Of a stretch of DNA of 64,000 bases, positions 37,301 to 51,382 are shown one piece after another. The DNA comes from Macrostomum lignano. Taxonomy: Eukaryota. Location of the stretch: assembly GCA_002269645.1 (NCBI GenBank), contig NIVC01000690.1:62001-126000 (forward strand), written 5' to 3'. The notes beneath the pieces are model-generated. The model saw only the letters and a list, made by a program, of their open reading frames with translations. It did no database searches and had not been told where the DNA came from. The position numbers were made by a program, and so were the translations under genes. Each line of letters begins with the position of its first letter. The stretch's first letter is position 1.

Positions 37301-40300
37301 TCGAAGCTTAACTCAAACTCGAAGCTTCACTCAAACTCGAAGCTTCACTCAAACTCGAAGCTTCACTCAAACTCGAAGCTTCACTCAAACTCGAAGCTTC
37401 ACTCAAACTCGAAGCTTCACTCAAACTCGAAGCTTCACTCAAACTCGAAGCTTCACTCAAACTCGAAGCTTCACTCAAACTCGAAGCTTCACTCAAACTC
37501 GAAGCTTCACTCAAACTCGAAGCTTCACTCAAACTAGAAGCTTCACTCAAACTCGAAGCTTCACTCAAACTCGAAGCTTCACTCAAACTCGAAGCTTCAC
37601 TCAAACTCGAAGCTTCACTCAAACTCGAAGCTTCACTCAAACTCGAAGCTTCACTCAAACTAGAAGCTTCACTCAAACTCGAAGCTTCACTCAAACTCGA
37701 AGCTTCACTCAAACTCGAAGCTTTACTCAAACTCAATTCTCTCTTAAGTTTCTATGGCGCTATCCTATTTATTTTTGATATTTTTCTATTTATTTTTATC
37801 TTGAAATTTCTATAACTTGCATAAGTAAATAGATGAATTATGACTTCAATTGTGTTCTCCAGGTGTACCCAAGGGTGTGCAGCTCACGCACAAGAATATA
37901 ATGAGCAACATGGCTGGCGTGTACAGTGTGCTGCTGTTAGACCAGAAGAGCAACGCTAATCAGGTGAGGCCTGCTTGCTTTTTACCTGTGATGAGTTTTA
38001 GCCATCAAAACTAATATGGATAATTTGTGATTATAGTAGTTTTAGTGTCTGTAGCTGTGATATTTTAATATATTTGTATCGTGTTCTCACTACTTGGGTT
38101 GGGATACTGATGGAGTCTTATCTCTAGGGGTGAGATACTGATGGAGTCTTATCTCTAGGGGTGAGATACTGATGGAGTCTTATCTCTAGGAGTGAGATAC
38201 TGATTGAGTCTTATCTCTAGGAGTGAGATACTGATAGAGTCTCATCTCTAGGGGTGAGATACTGATGGAGTCTTATCTCTAGGAGTGAGATACTGATTGA
38301 GTCTTATCTCTAGGAGTGAGATACTGATAGAGTCTCATCTCTAGGGGTGAGATACTGATGGAGTCTTATCTCTAGGAGTGAGATACTGATTGAGTTTTAT
38401 CTCTAGGAGTGAGATACTGATGGAGTCTTATCTCTAGGAGTGAGATACTGATTGAGTCTTATCTCTAGGAGTGAGATACTGATAGAGTCTCATATCTAGG
38501 GGTGAGATACTGATGGAGTCTTATCTCTAGGAGTGAGATACTGATAGAGTCTCATATCTAGGGGTGATACTGATGGAGTCTTATCTCTAGGGGTGAGATA
38601 CTGATGGGGTCTTATCTCTAGGAGTGAGATACTGATGGAGTCTTATCTCTAGGAGTGAGATACTGATTGAGTCTTATCTCTAGGAGTGAGATACTGATAG
38701 AGTCTCATATCTAGGGGTGAGATACTGATGGAGTCTTATCTCTAGGGGTGAGATACTGATGGGGTCTTATCTCTAGGGGTGAGATACTGATGGAGTCTTA
38801 TCTCTAGGAGTGAGATACTGATTGAGTTTTATCTCTAGGAGTGAGATACTGATAGAGTCTCATATCTAGGGGTGAGATACTGATGGAGTCTTATCTCTAG
38901 GGGTGAGATATTGATGGGGTCTTATCTCTAGGGGTGAGATACTGATGGGGTCTTATCTCTAAAGGTGAGATACTAATGGAGTCTTATCTCTAGGGGTATA
39001 GAGGAAGAGGAGATTCTAATCTAGTCTAGTTTATCTAAGAGTGAGAGTCTTCAGTGGTCATTTGCGATACGATTTCATATTTAAATTTCATAACACGCCT
39101 AGTTATTACGGCTTCATCTAATATAAGATAATTATCGTATTAAAATAGTTGCAACCCCTCACTACTAACTGCAGCAGGTCCTGCCGCCTCTGACGCCGGA
39201 AGACACCTACCTGTCTTACCTGCCCCTGGCGCACATGTTTGAGCGTTGCGCAATCACCATGTGCTTCCTCAACGGCATGCGTGTCGGGTTCTTCCGCGGC
39301 GACGTTCGCCAGCTGATGGAGGACATGCAGGCTCTGCGGCCAACCCTGTTCTGCACCGTGCCGCGGCTGCTCAACCGCATGTACGACCGGGTGCTCGCTG
39401 GCGTCTCCGGCAGCGTCATCAAGTCCAAGCTGCTGCAGATGGCTGTTGATAGGAAGACTCGAATGCTCGAACGTGGAATCATACGACGGGACACGATGTG
39501 GGATAAATTGGTGTTCTCTAAGGTGCACCAGCTGACTGGAGGCCGGGTCCGAGTGGTGATTACAGGTGAGAGCGGAATTGGTGCTTGATTGATCTGATAT
39601 CGATTTTTATTAGCCCGATATCGATTTTTTCACCGATATCGATTTTTATTTCACCTGTATCGATTTTTCCTAACTGGATATCGATTTTTATTAACCCGAT
39701 ATCTATTTTTAATACCTTACTATCGATTTTTTATTTCGATATCTATTTTTAATACCTTAGTATCGATTTTTTATTTCGATATCGATTTTTAATAACTTAG
39801 TATCGATTTTTTATTTCGATATCTATTTTTAATACCTTAGTATCGATTTTTTATTTCGATATCGATTTTTAATACCTTAGTATCGATTTTTTATTTCGAT
39901 ATCGATTTTTAATACCTTAGTATCGATTTTTTATTTCGATATCGATTTTTAATACCTTAGTATCGATTTTTTATTTCGATATCGATTTTTAATACCTTAG
40001 TATCGATTTTTTATTTCGATATCTATTTTTAATACCTTAGTATCGATTTTTTATTTCGATATCTATTTTTAATACCTTAGTATCGATTTTTTATTTCGAT
40101 ATTGATTTTTAGTACCTTAGTATCGATTTTTTATTTCGATTTCGATTTTTAGTACCTTAGTATCGATTTTTTATTTCGATTTCGATTTTAAAAAAAAAAC
40201 TTGATGTAGATTTCTATTAAACCTTTCTGTATTTTGGTTGGTCCAACATCGATTTGAATAAATCCGATACTAATGTTAACTGAACCAATATCAATATTAA

Positions 40301-41650
40301 TTAATCATATCGTTAATTCCATTAATCCCCGTTCAGGCTCGGCCCCCATCGGCGCCAAGGTGATGCAGTTCATCCGCGCCGCTTTCGGCTGCCCAGTATT
40401 CGAAGGCTACGGCCAGACTGAGGCCACTGCCGCCGTCACGGTCACCCTGCCCGGCGAGACCAGCCTGGGCCACGTGGGCGCCCCGGTTCCCTGCAACCAC
40501 GTCAAGCTGGTCGACGTGCCCGAGATGGGCCTGAAAGCCAGCGACGGTCGTGGCGAAGTTTGCGTCCGCGGAGCCAACGTGTTCAGCGGCTACTTCCGGA
40601 TGGACGACAAAACTGCCGAGGTGCTGGAGCCGGACAACTGGCTGCACACGGGCGACATTGGCGAGTGGACGGAGAACGGCTGCTTGAAAATCGTGGACCG
40701 TAGGAAGCATTTGTTTAAACTGGCTCAGGGCGAATACGTGGCACCTGAGAAGATTGAGCAACTCCTAAGCCGGTCTCAGTATGTGGCACAGATCTTTGTT
40801 GATGGCGACTCACTTGAGGTGATTAGATTCAACTTGAAAAGTTTATAACGATCTAAACTAAAATTTTTGCTCCTACATAATTAGTACACACGAACTTTAG
40901 AATCGTAAAGTACAAGTGTACTCCTACATAATTAGTACACACGAACTTTAGAATCGTAAAGTACAAGTGTAGTCCTACATTATTAGTACACACGAACTTA
41001 AACTCTTAAAGTACAAGTGTACTCCTACATTATTAGTACACACGAACTTTAGAATTGTATAATACAAGTGTACTCCTACATTATTAGTGCACACGAACTT
41101 TAGAATTGTATAATACAAGTGTACTCGTACATTATTAGTACTCGTACACGCGAACTTTAAAATCGTAAAGTACAAGTGTACTCCTTCCTACATTATAAGT
41201 CACGCGAACTTTAAAATCATGCTACTCGTACGTTATTAGGACATGCGCACTAAAAGTGCAAGTGCACTTTATAAAAAGCGTCAAGTACAAGCGCACTAAT
41301 GCATATTGCAGATCTACGTCTTGGGCATAGTGGTCCCTGACCCGGACGTGGTCCTGCCCTGGGCTAAGTCGCACGGCTTGCCTCAGGACCTCGAGGCCCT
41401 GTGCAAGGACCCTAACGGGCCGCTGAAACGAGCGATCCTGGAAGACCTGAACCGGATCGGCCGCGAGAACGGGCTTAAAGGCTTCGAACTGTGCAAGGAC
41501 ATCATGCTGTGCGCTGAGCAGTTCTCAGTTGAGAACGGCCTGCTAACGCCGACGTTCAAGTCGCGGCGGCCGGATCTGCGCGTGAGATTTCGCGACGACT
41601 TCAAGCGAATGTACGATGGACTCAGGGCCTCCAGCAGTGCGGCAGCTTGA
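31366..41650 (+). CDS. ACSL: Long-chain fatty acyl-CoA synthetase (ACSL1/5/6 type), 700 aa; exons 31366-31521, 35079-35715, 37863-37963, 39178-39565 (or 39175), 40337-40818, 41312-41650
   Basis: AMP-binding motif CYTSGTTG|VPKG spans intron 2. Also [25 protein letters not shown]|[45 protein letters not shown] and LLTPTFK. N-terminal TM segment in exon 1. All introns are GT-AG with consistent phases; total 2103 nt. Confidence 0.95.
32187..32600. repeat. About 30-33-bp minisatellite related to 8485-9118 (ACSL intron 1)
   Basis: Shares AGCCTTGACATCTCAGCA plus a C-run; alternates with a GTCTTGATATCTCAGCAG variant. Confidence 0.9.
33592..33726 (+). CDS. ACSL: Alternative first coding exon of ACSL encoding [45 protein letters not shown]
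   Basis: ATG 33592, 45 open codons and a perfect phase-0 donor CCT|GTAAGT at 33727, compatible with exon 2 (35079). Ends QSTLLP, echoing the exon 1a end QSRLLS. Confidence 0.7.
34435..34970. repeat. About 33-bp minisatellite (AGGGGTGAGATTCTAGAGCCGCTTGTCTCTTTT) in ACSL intron 1
   Basis: Tandem array. Confidence 0.92.
35808..37735. repeat. 18-bp minisatellite (GAAGCTTCACTCAAACTC), about 107 copies, ACSL intron 2
   Basis: Tandem array; source of the TQTRSF/EASSLS ORFs. Confidence 0.97.
38100..38998. repeat. 31-bp minisatellite (AGGGGTGAGATACTGATGGAGTCTTATCTCT), ACSL intron 3
   Basis: Tandem array. Confidence 0.95.
39597..40190. repeat. 40-bp AT-rich minisatellite (TATCGATTTTTTATTTCGATATCGATTTTTAATACCTTAG), ACSL intron 4
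   Basis: Tandem array with the internal palindrome TCGATATCGA. Confidence 0.92.
40870..41220. repeat. About 51-bp minisatellite (TCCTACATAATTAGTACACACGAACTTTAGAATCGTAAAGTACAAGTGTAC), ACSL intron 5
   Basis: About 6-7 degenerate copies. Confidence 0.85.
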
Positions 41651-42592
41651 GGTGGTACTTGATTTTGAAGTTTAATAATTAACATAAAGGTATGACTTAT
41701 TAATAGGCCGAAATGAATCAATGTAATTAACTCATTATAATACATCTTGCGCCCCACTACTTTAACTGAGTTTTTTTCTTTTCTAAACTGAGTTCTTTAA
41801 ATTTCTTAAATTTCGTAATTCACAAGCTCAATATACTACTTCTTTAATATTGTCACTGTTATTATTATTACAGAGCATTCCAGTTGTTTTTTGAAGACTT
41901 ATTTCCGTTTGTCTGTATTTTCTCTCTCTCTCTCTCTCTCTGCAAGTGTCAAAGAAGGTCATTCAAGCCCAGCCATTAGTTTTACCAACTTTCTACATTC
42001 TCCAACCAGGCGTCCCAAACTGTGTGCGTGTTTTTTGGTGTTTATTCTCTCCGTTTTTTCTCCTGTTAAAAAGCCAACCAATCGTGTCCGCGTGTTTTGT
42101 TTTAAACACAATTCTCAAAATCTAATTGACTTTTTGGTAATGTAGCTTCTTGAAATTCTCTTATTTATATAGTACTAATAGTAGCTTTTTGAAGTGTAGC
42201 ACTGACAGCGGTCTCATGCATAAATATCGTACGCGAGTGCGGTTTTCATAATGGAAATCATGTTAATTTGTGTGTTGTTTTTTCTTATAACCGACATTTT
42301 GCCTTGACAGAGTGACCATTAGCTACTTTATTATGATTCTTTATTTGTACTTTGTATTGTTATTATTATCATTAATACGCCTAGTAGAGCGAAATAAAGA
42401 TATTATTCGCTGAAAAATATACCTAACAGCCTTACACAAGCCATCATCTATTTGAAAAAATAACTTTTTTTGTGTATTTTTTTCTAATTCTGTATTTTTT
42501 CTTTGCATACTACTTTATAGGCCTGGAAAATAGTAGTTCTGTGCGAATCTACATCGGAATATAGTGTTGGGAGTAATTACTTTTTAGTAAGC

Positions 42593-43722
42593 GTCACTGA
42601 TCCCAGTTTCATTTGCAATGTCACTCTCCATCATTTTCACTCGCCATGTCACTGATCCCAGTTTCATTTGCAATGTCACTCTCCATCATTTTCACTCGCC
42701 ATGTCACTGATCCCCGTTTCATTCACAATGTCACTCTCCATCATTTTCACTCGCCATGTCACTGATCCCAGTTTCATTTGCAATGTCACTCTCCATCATT
42801 TTCACTCGCCATGTCACTGATCCCCGTTTCATTCACAATGTCACTCTCCATCATTTTCACTCGCCATGTCACTGATCCCAGTTTCATTTGCAATGTCACT
42901 CTCCATCATTTTCACTCGCCATGTCACTGATCCCCGTTTCATTCACAATGTCACTCTCCATCATTTTCACTCGCCATGTCACTGATCCCAGTTTCACTTG
43001 CAATGTCACTCTCTATGATTTTCACTCGCCATGACACTGATCCCAGTTTCATTTGCAATGTCACTCTCCATCATTTTCACTCGCCATGACACTGATCCCA
43101 GTTTCACTTGCAATGTCACTCTCCATCATTTTCACTCGACATGTCACTGATCCCAGTTTCATTTGCAATGTCACTCTCCATCATTTTCACTCGCCATGTC
43201 ACTGATCCCAGTTTCATTTGCAATGTCACTCTCCATCATTTTCACTCGCCATGTCACTGATCCCCGTTTCATTCGCAATGTCACTCTCCATGATTTTCAC
43301 TCGCCATGTCACTGATCCCCGTTTCATTCACAATGTCACTCTCCATCATTTTCACTCGCCATGTCACTGATCCCCGTTTCATTTGCAATGTCACTCTCCA
43401 TCATTTTCACTCGCCATGTCACTGATCCCAGTTTAATTTGCAATGTCACTCTCCATCATTTTCACTCGCCATGTCACTGATCCCAGTTTTACTTGCAATG
43501 TCACTCTCCATCATTTTTACTCGCCATGTCACTGATCCCAGTTTAATTTGCAATTTCACTCTCCATCATTTTCACTCGCCATGTCACTGATCCCAGTTTA
43601 ATTTGCAATGTCACTCTCCATCATTTTCACTCGCCATGTCACTGATCCCAGTTTAATTTGCAATGTCACTCTCCATCATTTTCACTCGCCATGTCACTGA
43701 TCCCAGTTTAATTTGCAATGTC
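42593..43722. repeat. 55-bp satellite (CACTGATCCCAGTTTCATTTGCAATGTCACTCTCCATCATTTTCACTCGCCATGT), left arm
   Basis: About 20 copies; ends at ...GCAATGTC where the LINE begins. Confidence 0.95.
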
Positions 43723-45365
43723 TGACTTGACTTACTTGACTTAGCTGCAGGGCTGTCCCGGAGGGGACACAGCGGGAAGGCGCGGGCGCCCATTCCGCTA
43801 GTCCCTGAACGGCCGACGCGTCGCTATGGACGGAGGGTTGGCGCCGCCCAGGGAGGTCCCCCAGTGTCGCCAGCAGCTATGGTGCTCTCTGGAAAGGAGA
43901 GTTCAGCCCTGCGGGTGGCCCGAAGGTAGCGCATGAGCTGATTAAAGTTTTCGGGTTTGCACGCTTCAGTAATAGAAGTGTGTGGCCCGAGGTAAGTGAG
44001 TCTGGCCCGCGTGAAGGCGGGACAGATGCTGACGAAATGCTCAGCGGTTTCGTCACCTGAGTTGCAGAAACTACAGGTGGCGTTGGTGGCGTTGCCCTGC
44101 AGGTACTGGTGCCTGGAGAAGCAGCCGTGACCAGAGAGGGTCATGGTGGCAGCCCGGATGTCTCTGCGCGAGAGGCGCAAGAGGAGCTTCCGGAGCTGGT
44201 GAGAGGGCTGAGGGACAGCGCCTCTGGATTGCCTGCAGTTCGTGCGGTTCGCCCAAGTCGAGCAGTGCTGAGTCCTGATCCACGCTTTGATGCGCGAGTC
44301 GATGACACAGCCAGGAATCGGGACAAGAGGTTCGGGGCCGAGAGAGGAGCCGGAGGCACCAACTTTTGCAAGGGTGTCAGCCAACTCATTTCCTCGGATC
44401 CCCACATGCCCCGGAACCCACTTAAGGGTAATTTTGTTGGCGGAACCCAACACATTGAGGAGTTTGATACAGTCAAGGACTGTAGCAGAGTTGGTGCTGC
44501 AGCCACTGATGGCGTGCAAGGCAGCTTGGCTGTCCGAATGGAAAATGATGTTCTTACCAGTAACGCCAGTGGCGAGAAGCTCTGCAGTGCAGGAGCTGAT
44601 GGCCAGAACTTCATTTTGGAAGACACTGGAGTTGACCCCAGTGTATTGAGCGTGGGTAGCGATGACCCTCCCGTTCAGGAAGATTCCAACACCAAAACCG
44701 GTGTTGGCTGACTGCTTAGAACCGTCGGTGTAGCAATGAAGCTCACCAGGGTTCCAATGGTCATTGATGTTATCGCGCGAGTCGATAGCTACGGAGTAGC
44801 GCTGTCTCAGGTTGAGCGTTGAGGCAATGCCATCGGTGAAGACGCGATTGGCCTGACACTCGTTGAGAAAGTTGAGGCACAGATCGCTATGCGGGACAAG
44901 GTTCCGCTTAGCAGGTGCTCTCATGTAAATGAATTTGACGCCGGCATCAATTAGACGCCGCGTCGTTCTAGCCGCCTCACCCCTGATGAAGAGGTCAAGA
45001 GGCGGAAGATTAAGGAAGGCCCCATGCCAGCAAAGGGCGTGGACCTGGTGGCGTTGCAGATGAGCCTACACGCTCTGCCTTGGATCGTGTTGAGCAGGTC
45101 TGCATGGCTTTTGACCTGGGTAGCGCTAACCCAGACAACAGAGGCGTACGTAATGGCAGGTCTAACTACGGAAGTATAGATCCACCAAAGCCGCTTTGGG
45201 GATAGACCCCAAGAAGTGCCAAGTGCTCGTCGGAGCTGGGCCAGGATGGCTGAGGCACGCTTGGCTTTTGCTTTCACGTGGAAGGACCAGTTGAGCCGGT
45301 GGTCAAGTGTGACCCCGAGACATCTGGTCTGGTGCGCGAAGGCAATATCTCTGCCGTAGAGCTGC
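43723..45365 (-). mobile_element. 5'-truncated non-LTR retrotransposon (I superfamily, LOA/Lian/R1-like) with RT C-terminus, RNase H and CCHC finger
   Basis: LGVTLDHRLNW and WGLSPKRLWWIYTSVVRPAITYASVVW (post-RT region). RNase H with intact D/E/D/D residues (YTDGSK, QNEVLAI, SDSQAAL, GNELADTLAK). CSFC...H....C finger. Stop at 43824, short 3' UTR and an (AAGTC)n-type tail at 43723-43744. One 1-nt frameshift in the run at 45020-45023. Confidence 0.93.
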
Positions 45366-46141
45366 ACTCTCCATCATTTTCACTCGCCATGTCACTGATC
45401 CCAGTTTCACTTGCAATGTCACTCTCCATCATTTTCACTCGCTATGTCACTGATCCCAGTTTCACTTGCAATGTCACTCTCCATCATTTTCACTCGCCAT
45501 GTCACTGATCCCAGTTTCACTTGCAATGTCACTCTCCATCATTTTCACTCGCCATGTCACTGATCCCAGTTTCACTTGCAATTTCACTCTCCATCATTTT
45601 CACTCGCCATGTCACTGATCCTCGTTTCATTTGCAATGTCACTCTCCATCATTTTCACTCGCCATGTCACTGATCCCAGTTTCACTTGCAATGTCACTCT
45701 CCATCATTTTTACTCGCCATGTCACTGATCCCAGTTTCACTTGCAATGTCACTCTCCATCATTTTCACTCGCCATGTCACTGATCCCAGTTTCACTTGCA
45801 ATGTCACTCTCCATCATTTTCACTCGCCATGTCACTGATCCCAGTTTCACTTGCAATGTCACTCTCCATCATTTTCACTCGCCATGTCACTGATCCCAGT
45901 TTCATTTGCAATGTCACTCTCCATCATTTTCACTCGCCATGTCACTGATCCCCGTTTCATTCACAATGTCACTCTCCATCATTTTCACTCGCCATGTCAC
46001 TGGTCCCAGTTTCATTTGCAATGTCACTCTCCATGATTTTCACTCGCCATGACACTGATCCCAGTTTCACTTGCAATGTCACTCTCCATCATTTTCACTC
46101 GACATGTCACTGATCCCAGTTTCATTTGCAATGTCACTCTC
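45366..46141. repeat. 55-bp satellite, right arm
   Basis: Resumes at ACTCTCC, in exact register with the left arm. Confidence 0.95.
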
Positions 46142-46997
46142 ATTTTTGTTCAGAGTTAGAAAGCAAAGTCAAGGTTAAGTTCATCATTTCCGTCTCTCAG
46201 TCACCTCTCACTCTCGCTCTGCTTGCTCAGTGTTGAATTCAAGCTAACGAGTACCCCTAGCTACCATCAGCCATGCATGGTGATGAGGTGTTGAGCATGC
46301 AGTCACATCTCTCAGCAGGGTGCTGCAAGCGCTCCAAAAAACACACACTAATGGAACGGGCGCACAACAATGGATCACGCTGTGAGCAGAGTAAAGCGAG
46401 AAGGCTGGCGCACCTGCTCCGCCAGGGAATTAACGGGGTTCCAAAGCCTTCATCCTCTGCGCAGCTTCCTCTCTGCCTATAGCTGAGCTTCAGTTTTGGT
46501 TGGCTGATTCAGCTATAGCAGCCATAATCACAGAATATATAGTCATTTCATCTTAAGTGTAACCAAGGGGTGGCGGGCTCTGCACTCGCCATGGCAGGAA
46601 GTTAAGACGGAGAGAGGTAGATAGGCCCTATAACTCCGTATTCCTGCATGTATACCTGACCTTAGCGATTCTCCTAAGAAGATGGAGAGAAGAGAGAGAG
46701 ATTGAGATTGAGTGTGCACACTCAGACTCAGAGAAGCTTCCACACTGCACGCCACTCGCTTGTGTGTGTGTGTGTGTGTGTGTGTTTACCGAAAGACCGT
46801 TCCTTCAGAGCTCAGACTGCATATACATGTAAGAGGGTATTACAACAAGACCTCCAATACAGCCAACCAATAAGCGTGCTTAGAAAAAGCAAGGGAGACC
46901 AAAAGTTAGCTATATATATGTACTGAGTTCCTCGGAAAGGCGACCTATTATATACTGAATCAGAGTTCCGTTCCACCTAGACAGAGGCGGACGGACA

Positions 46998-47294
46998 ATG
47001 CATCAGATGACGCAGAGTCAGTCAGATCCGGAGCAGTTGAAACGTGAGCATCTGCAGCTGTTAAAAGAGCTGCGCCAGAGACGGATGCAGCGTTGCAGAC
47101 GCTTAGCTGGTCGGTACAATGCCAGCGATGCTGAGAAATCTAAGTCAGCCAAGCTGGGACAGCATCCGGAGCTTCATCATCATAATTCAACAACAAGCAA
47201 TATACCGGTAGCCCAGATCTTTCAGAAGCAATTATTTATAAGTCCCTGCAGCGACTGCAGCGATCATGACACGGAGGACGAGGACAGCTTCTCG
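46998..47294 (+). CDS. Coding-like exon of an unassigned gene (99 codons; predicted N-terminal helix, acidic end)
   Basis: ATG 46998, GC-rich codon usage, EQLKREHLQLLKELRQRRMQR helix and a good phase-0 donor TCG|GTAAGC at 47295. Downstream exons are uncertain. Confidence 0.5.
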
Positions 47295-47615
47295 GTAAGC
47301 TTTATTCGTTTCCTTATGTTTAGTTGTATATTATATGCATGATTCTTTTGTAGTCGTAAATTGCAAACTGATTTAAACAACTATCAATCAAACTATCAAT
47401 ATTTCTGGGGTATTTTTGCAGAGCGATTGTTAAAAAAAGGAATTATGCAGACATGAGGGAATAAAGAGAGTAGGTAAATAGCAACGAGAGATAGATGTCG
47501 AGAGACTAGAGTAGTAGAGAGAGAGAGCAGTGGAAGATGAAGAGAGAGATGGGCAGAGTGGAGAAAGGGAAAGACAAAGGGGAGAAGGGTGGGAGAGAGA
47601 GAGCAAGAGTGCTGT

Positions 47616-48124
47616 ACTCTCTGTCTCCCTCTCTCTCCCTCTGTCTCTCCCTCTATCTCTCTCTCACTGATCATAATAGCCCTGACGAAGAATTTACAAT
47701 ATTCGAAATATCTTAAACATTTGCGTTACCATGTCAGTGCATTGGGGTTTGAGAACGCTTCCCTATCTCCCCTCTGTCTCCCTCTCTCTCCCTCTCTCTC
47801 CCTCTCTCTCCCTTCTCTCTCTCTCTCCCTCTCTCTCCCTTCTCTCTCCCTTCTCTCTCCCTCTCTCTCCCTTCTCTCTCTCTCCCTCTCTCTCCCTCTC
47901 TCTCCCTTCTCTCTCTCTCTCCCTCTCTCTCCCTTCTCTCTCCCTTCTCTCTCCCTCTCTCTCCCTTCTCTCTCTCTCTCCCTCTCTCTCCCTTCTCTCT
48001 CCCTTCTCTCTCCCTCTCTCTCCCTTCTCTCTCCCTCTCTCTCCCTTCTCTCTCCCTCTCTCTCCCTTCTCTCTCCCTCCCTCTCCCTTCTCTCTCTCTC
48101 GTGCTCTATCTTTCCGTCTGTCTC

Positions 48125-48207
<83 letters not shown>

Positions 48208-48290
48208 ATCTCTCCCTCTCTCTCCCCCTCTCTCTACCTCTATCTATCCATAGAGATATAGGGTAGAGAGGGAGTGGAGGGCAGAGTTGA
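47616..48290. repeat. CT-rich microsatellite / low-complexity tract
   Basis: Read directly from the sequence. Confidence 0.9.
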
Positions 48291-48981
48291 TAAAGACACG
48301 AAAACCGTACTCAATTGAAACCTATACCTGCTCCAGCAGTTTGTAAGCTTCCACACGCCTACTCATTCCCATTACACATTGCCGCTCCAGCAAATGCAGT
48401 AAACTATTCAGTCCCTACAAGTAAAAAACTCCCAGTTGCTTATGAATATGTCTCCTCTTCAATAGCTGGGAATAAAAAAGTGTCTGTCTTCCAGAATAGG
48501 CAGAAATGAGATGACTGACAGACAGACACAAAAGAGCTGCTGCAGTGGAAATGGATTAGGTAGGGCTGCAGAAATTCTTTAATTTCTTGGCGAATGCAAA
48601 GGAATATGGCTTGACTTTGGAATTCGGGAACAATGGAACGGAGATGAAGATGAGGATATAACAGCTGCAGCGAGAGAGATGGAAATTGAGCAGTTTTAAG
48701 TTAGTCATGTGAGCGAAGCATGCCCGTGGTAGAGGGGTGGAAAATCAATGTACATTACTGCATGCACTGTGTGCTCAAATCATCGCTTGCTGGATAAAAT
48801 TTCATATTTTTCAATTGAATTATGAGACAAAAACCAGTTGTGATACCAACAGTTAAGGCTGGCACTGCTGGGTGCGCGGCTGAAAATGATTGATGATCCG
48901 ATGAGGTGTCGGGGAAGCTGGGACTGCTCTTGGGTTGCAGTATGCTGGTTTGAACTGCCTCTATGTTTGTAGGTCAAAGCT

Positions 48982-49108
<127 letters not shown>

Positions 49109-50183
49109 GTGGATAGCACACAGTGGGACGTATTTACTGTCAGTAACTGACGGCAGTCGAACCCTTCGCCAGAGAGGTCAAGCTGCAGCTACAGCGGCAG
49201 TCAGCCAGCCGGCTTCTTGTCACTCAATAGCGCATGTCTTTGAAAAGTAAATTTCTTGGGCAAACACAAGTCTCCAAGTAGTAGTAGTCTCTATTCAGTT
49301 GGCTAAAACTGTTGAACCACTTCAGAACAGGCAAGGTAAACGCAGCTTATTTGAAATGCCAAATGATTTTTTAAAAACAGACTGACGTGTCCAACAGGCA
49401 AGCAAATATGCATCTAGCAAAAAAGTAGTGAATTTCCTCGATACTCTACTTTTAATCGTAGTCTAAGTAGAGTGTAATGCGCATGAGTAATAAACTTTTC
49501 AGCAGTTTTTTATCATTGCTACCCTGAATTGAGATCTGAATTGGCTCTGTCAAGCTTGCAACAGGCACACTGTAACTTCATTATAATCGTTGCATATAGA
49601 GACACTCGAGACTGCAGAACACACTTGGGCGTGTATTTCGTGAGTCGCTCCATCATCGGACTCTATTATTATTATCGCAAAACGGTCTCAAGCAAGGCCC
49701 CTCTTACGCGTTCTGCTCATCTTTTCAATGCAAATTGATGACACAGAATTTCTTAGAAAATTGTTCAACCGTCAAAATGACGCTACGATCGGGGGCCCAC
49801 GCTCCTCGGTCAATTTTTTTATTGTATAAATTTTTCATAAGCTGTCCATCTCAGCAATATGCGCTGCTTTTCATCGCAGAAATTTTCTTCGCATTTCACG
49901 GCGCTGAGCGTATTTACCTTGAGACCCAATCTGTCAACAGAGACTGGAACTGAGAGTGCAATTCTCTTTTGCGTTTGAAACAATTCTTTGGAGGGAATAT
50001 AGCAATTAACTAAGCAAATATGTTGCTACACTGACACTTGAGCCGAATCATATTCATTCCTGGGTGCCGACCTCTGCTGTCGTTAATCAAGATACACTTC
50101 TTACTAGTATTAGTAAACTCTCGATTAATTACTTCGTGATTATTCATATGGCAATGCGGTTACTGAAAATTGCGACCGTTTTC

Positions 50184-51065
<882 letters not shown>

Positions 51066-51340
51066 GTCCGTACACCCTGTTCTCTCTTTTTTCATAAAGA
51101 TTCGAGTTCAACCAACAAACAGCCCATTGAAGTAATTTTGATCTCTAATTTTGGCAGGAACTTAAGTGGGGACTTCAGACTACGACAATAAATAACACAG
51201 TTTCTTCAGGAACCAGCAAACTAAATTCATCAACTAAAGCTAAAATATTCCACAGAAAAATATAGAAAAATAAAGTAACTTGTCAATGTAGTTGTGAGCG
51301 GCAATAGAATTACTTCTAGAGTTGAGATTTCTGGCCCCAG

Positions 51341-51382
51341 AGCGAGCGACAGAGAGACTTAGTAGATGAGTTTGACGCCCAG
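51341..51382 (+). CDS. Candidate 42-nt phase 0-0 exon (SERQRDLVDEFDAQ)
   Basis: tttctggccccAG| acceptor and CAG|GTGAGC donor; open frame compatible with the 47294 donor. Confidence 0.35.

Noticed and set aside
44071-44711. Extra ORFs overlapping the LINE, and antisense or alternate-frame ORFs over the GPCR, ACSL, CCDC62, HTH and EF-hand exons
   Set aside because: Shadow ORFs of GC-rich coding sequence.
48570-48700. Short coding-looking frames (GIREQWNGDEDEDITAAAREMEIEQF)
   Set aside because: Bounded by nearby stops, with no clear phase-compatible acceptor.
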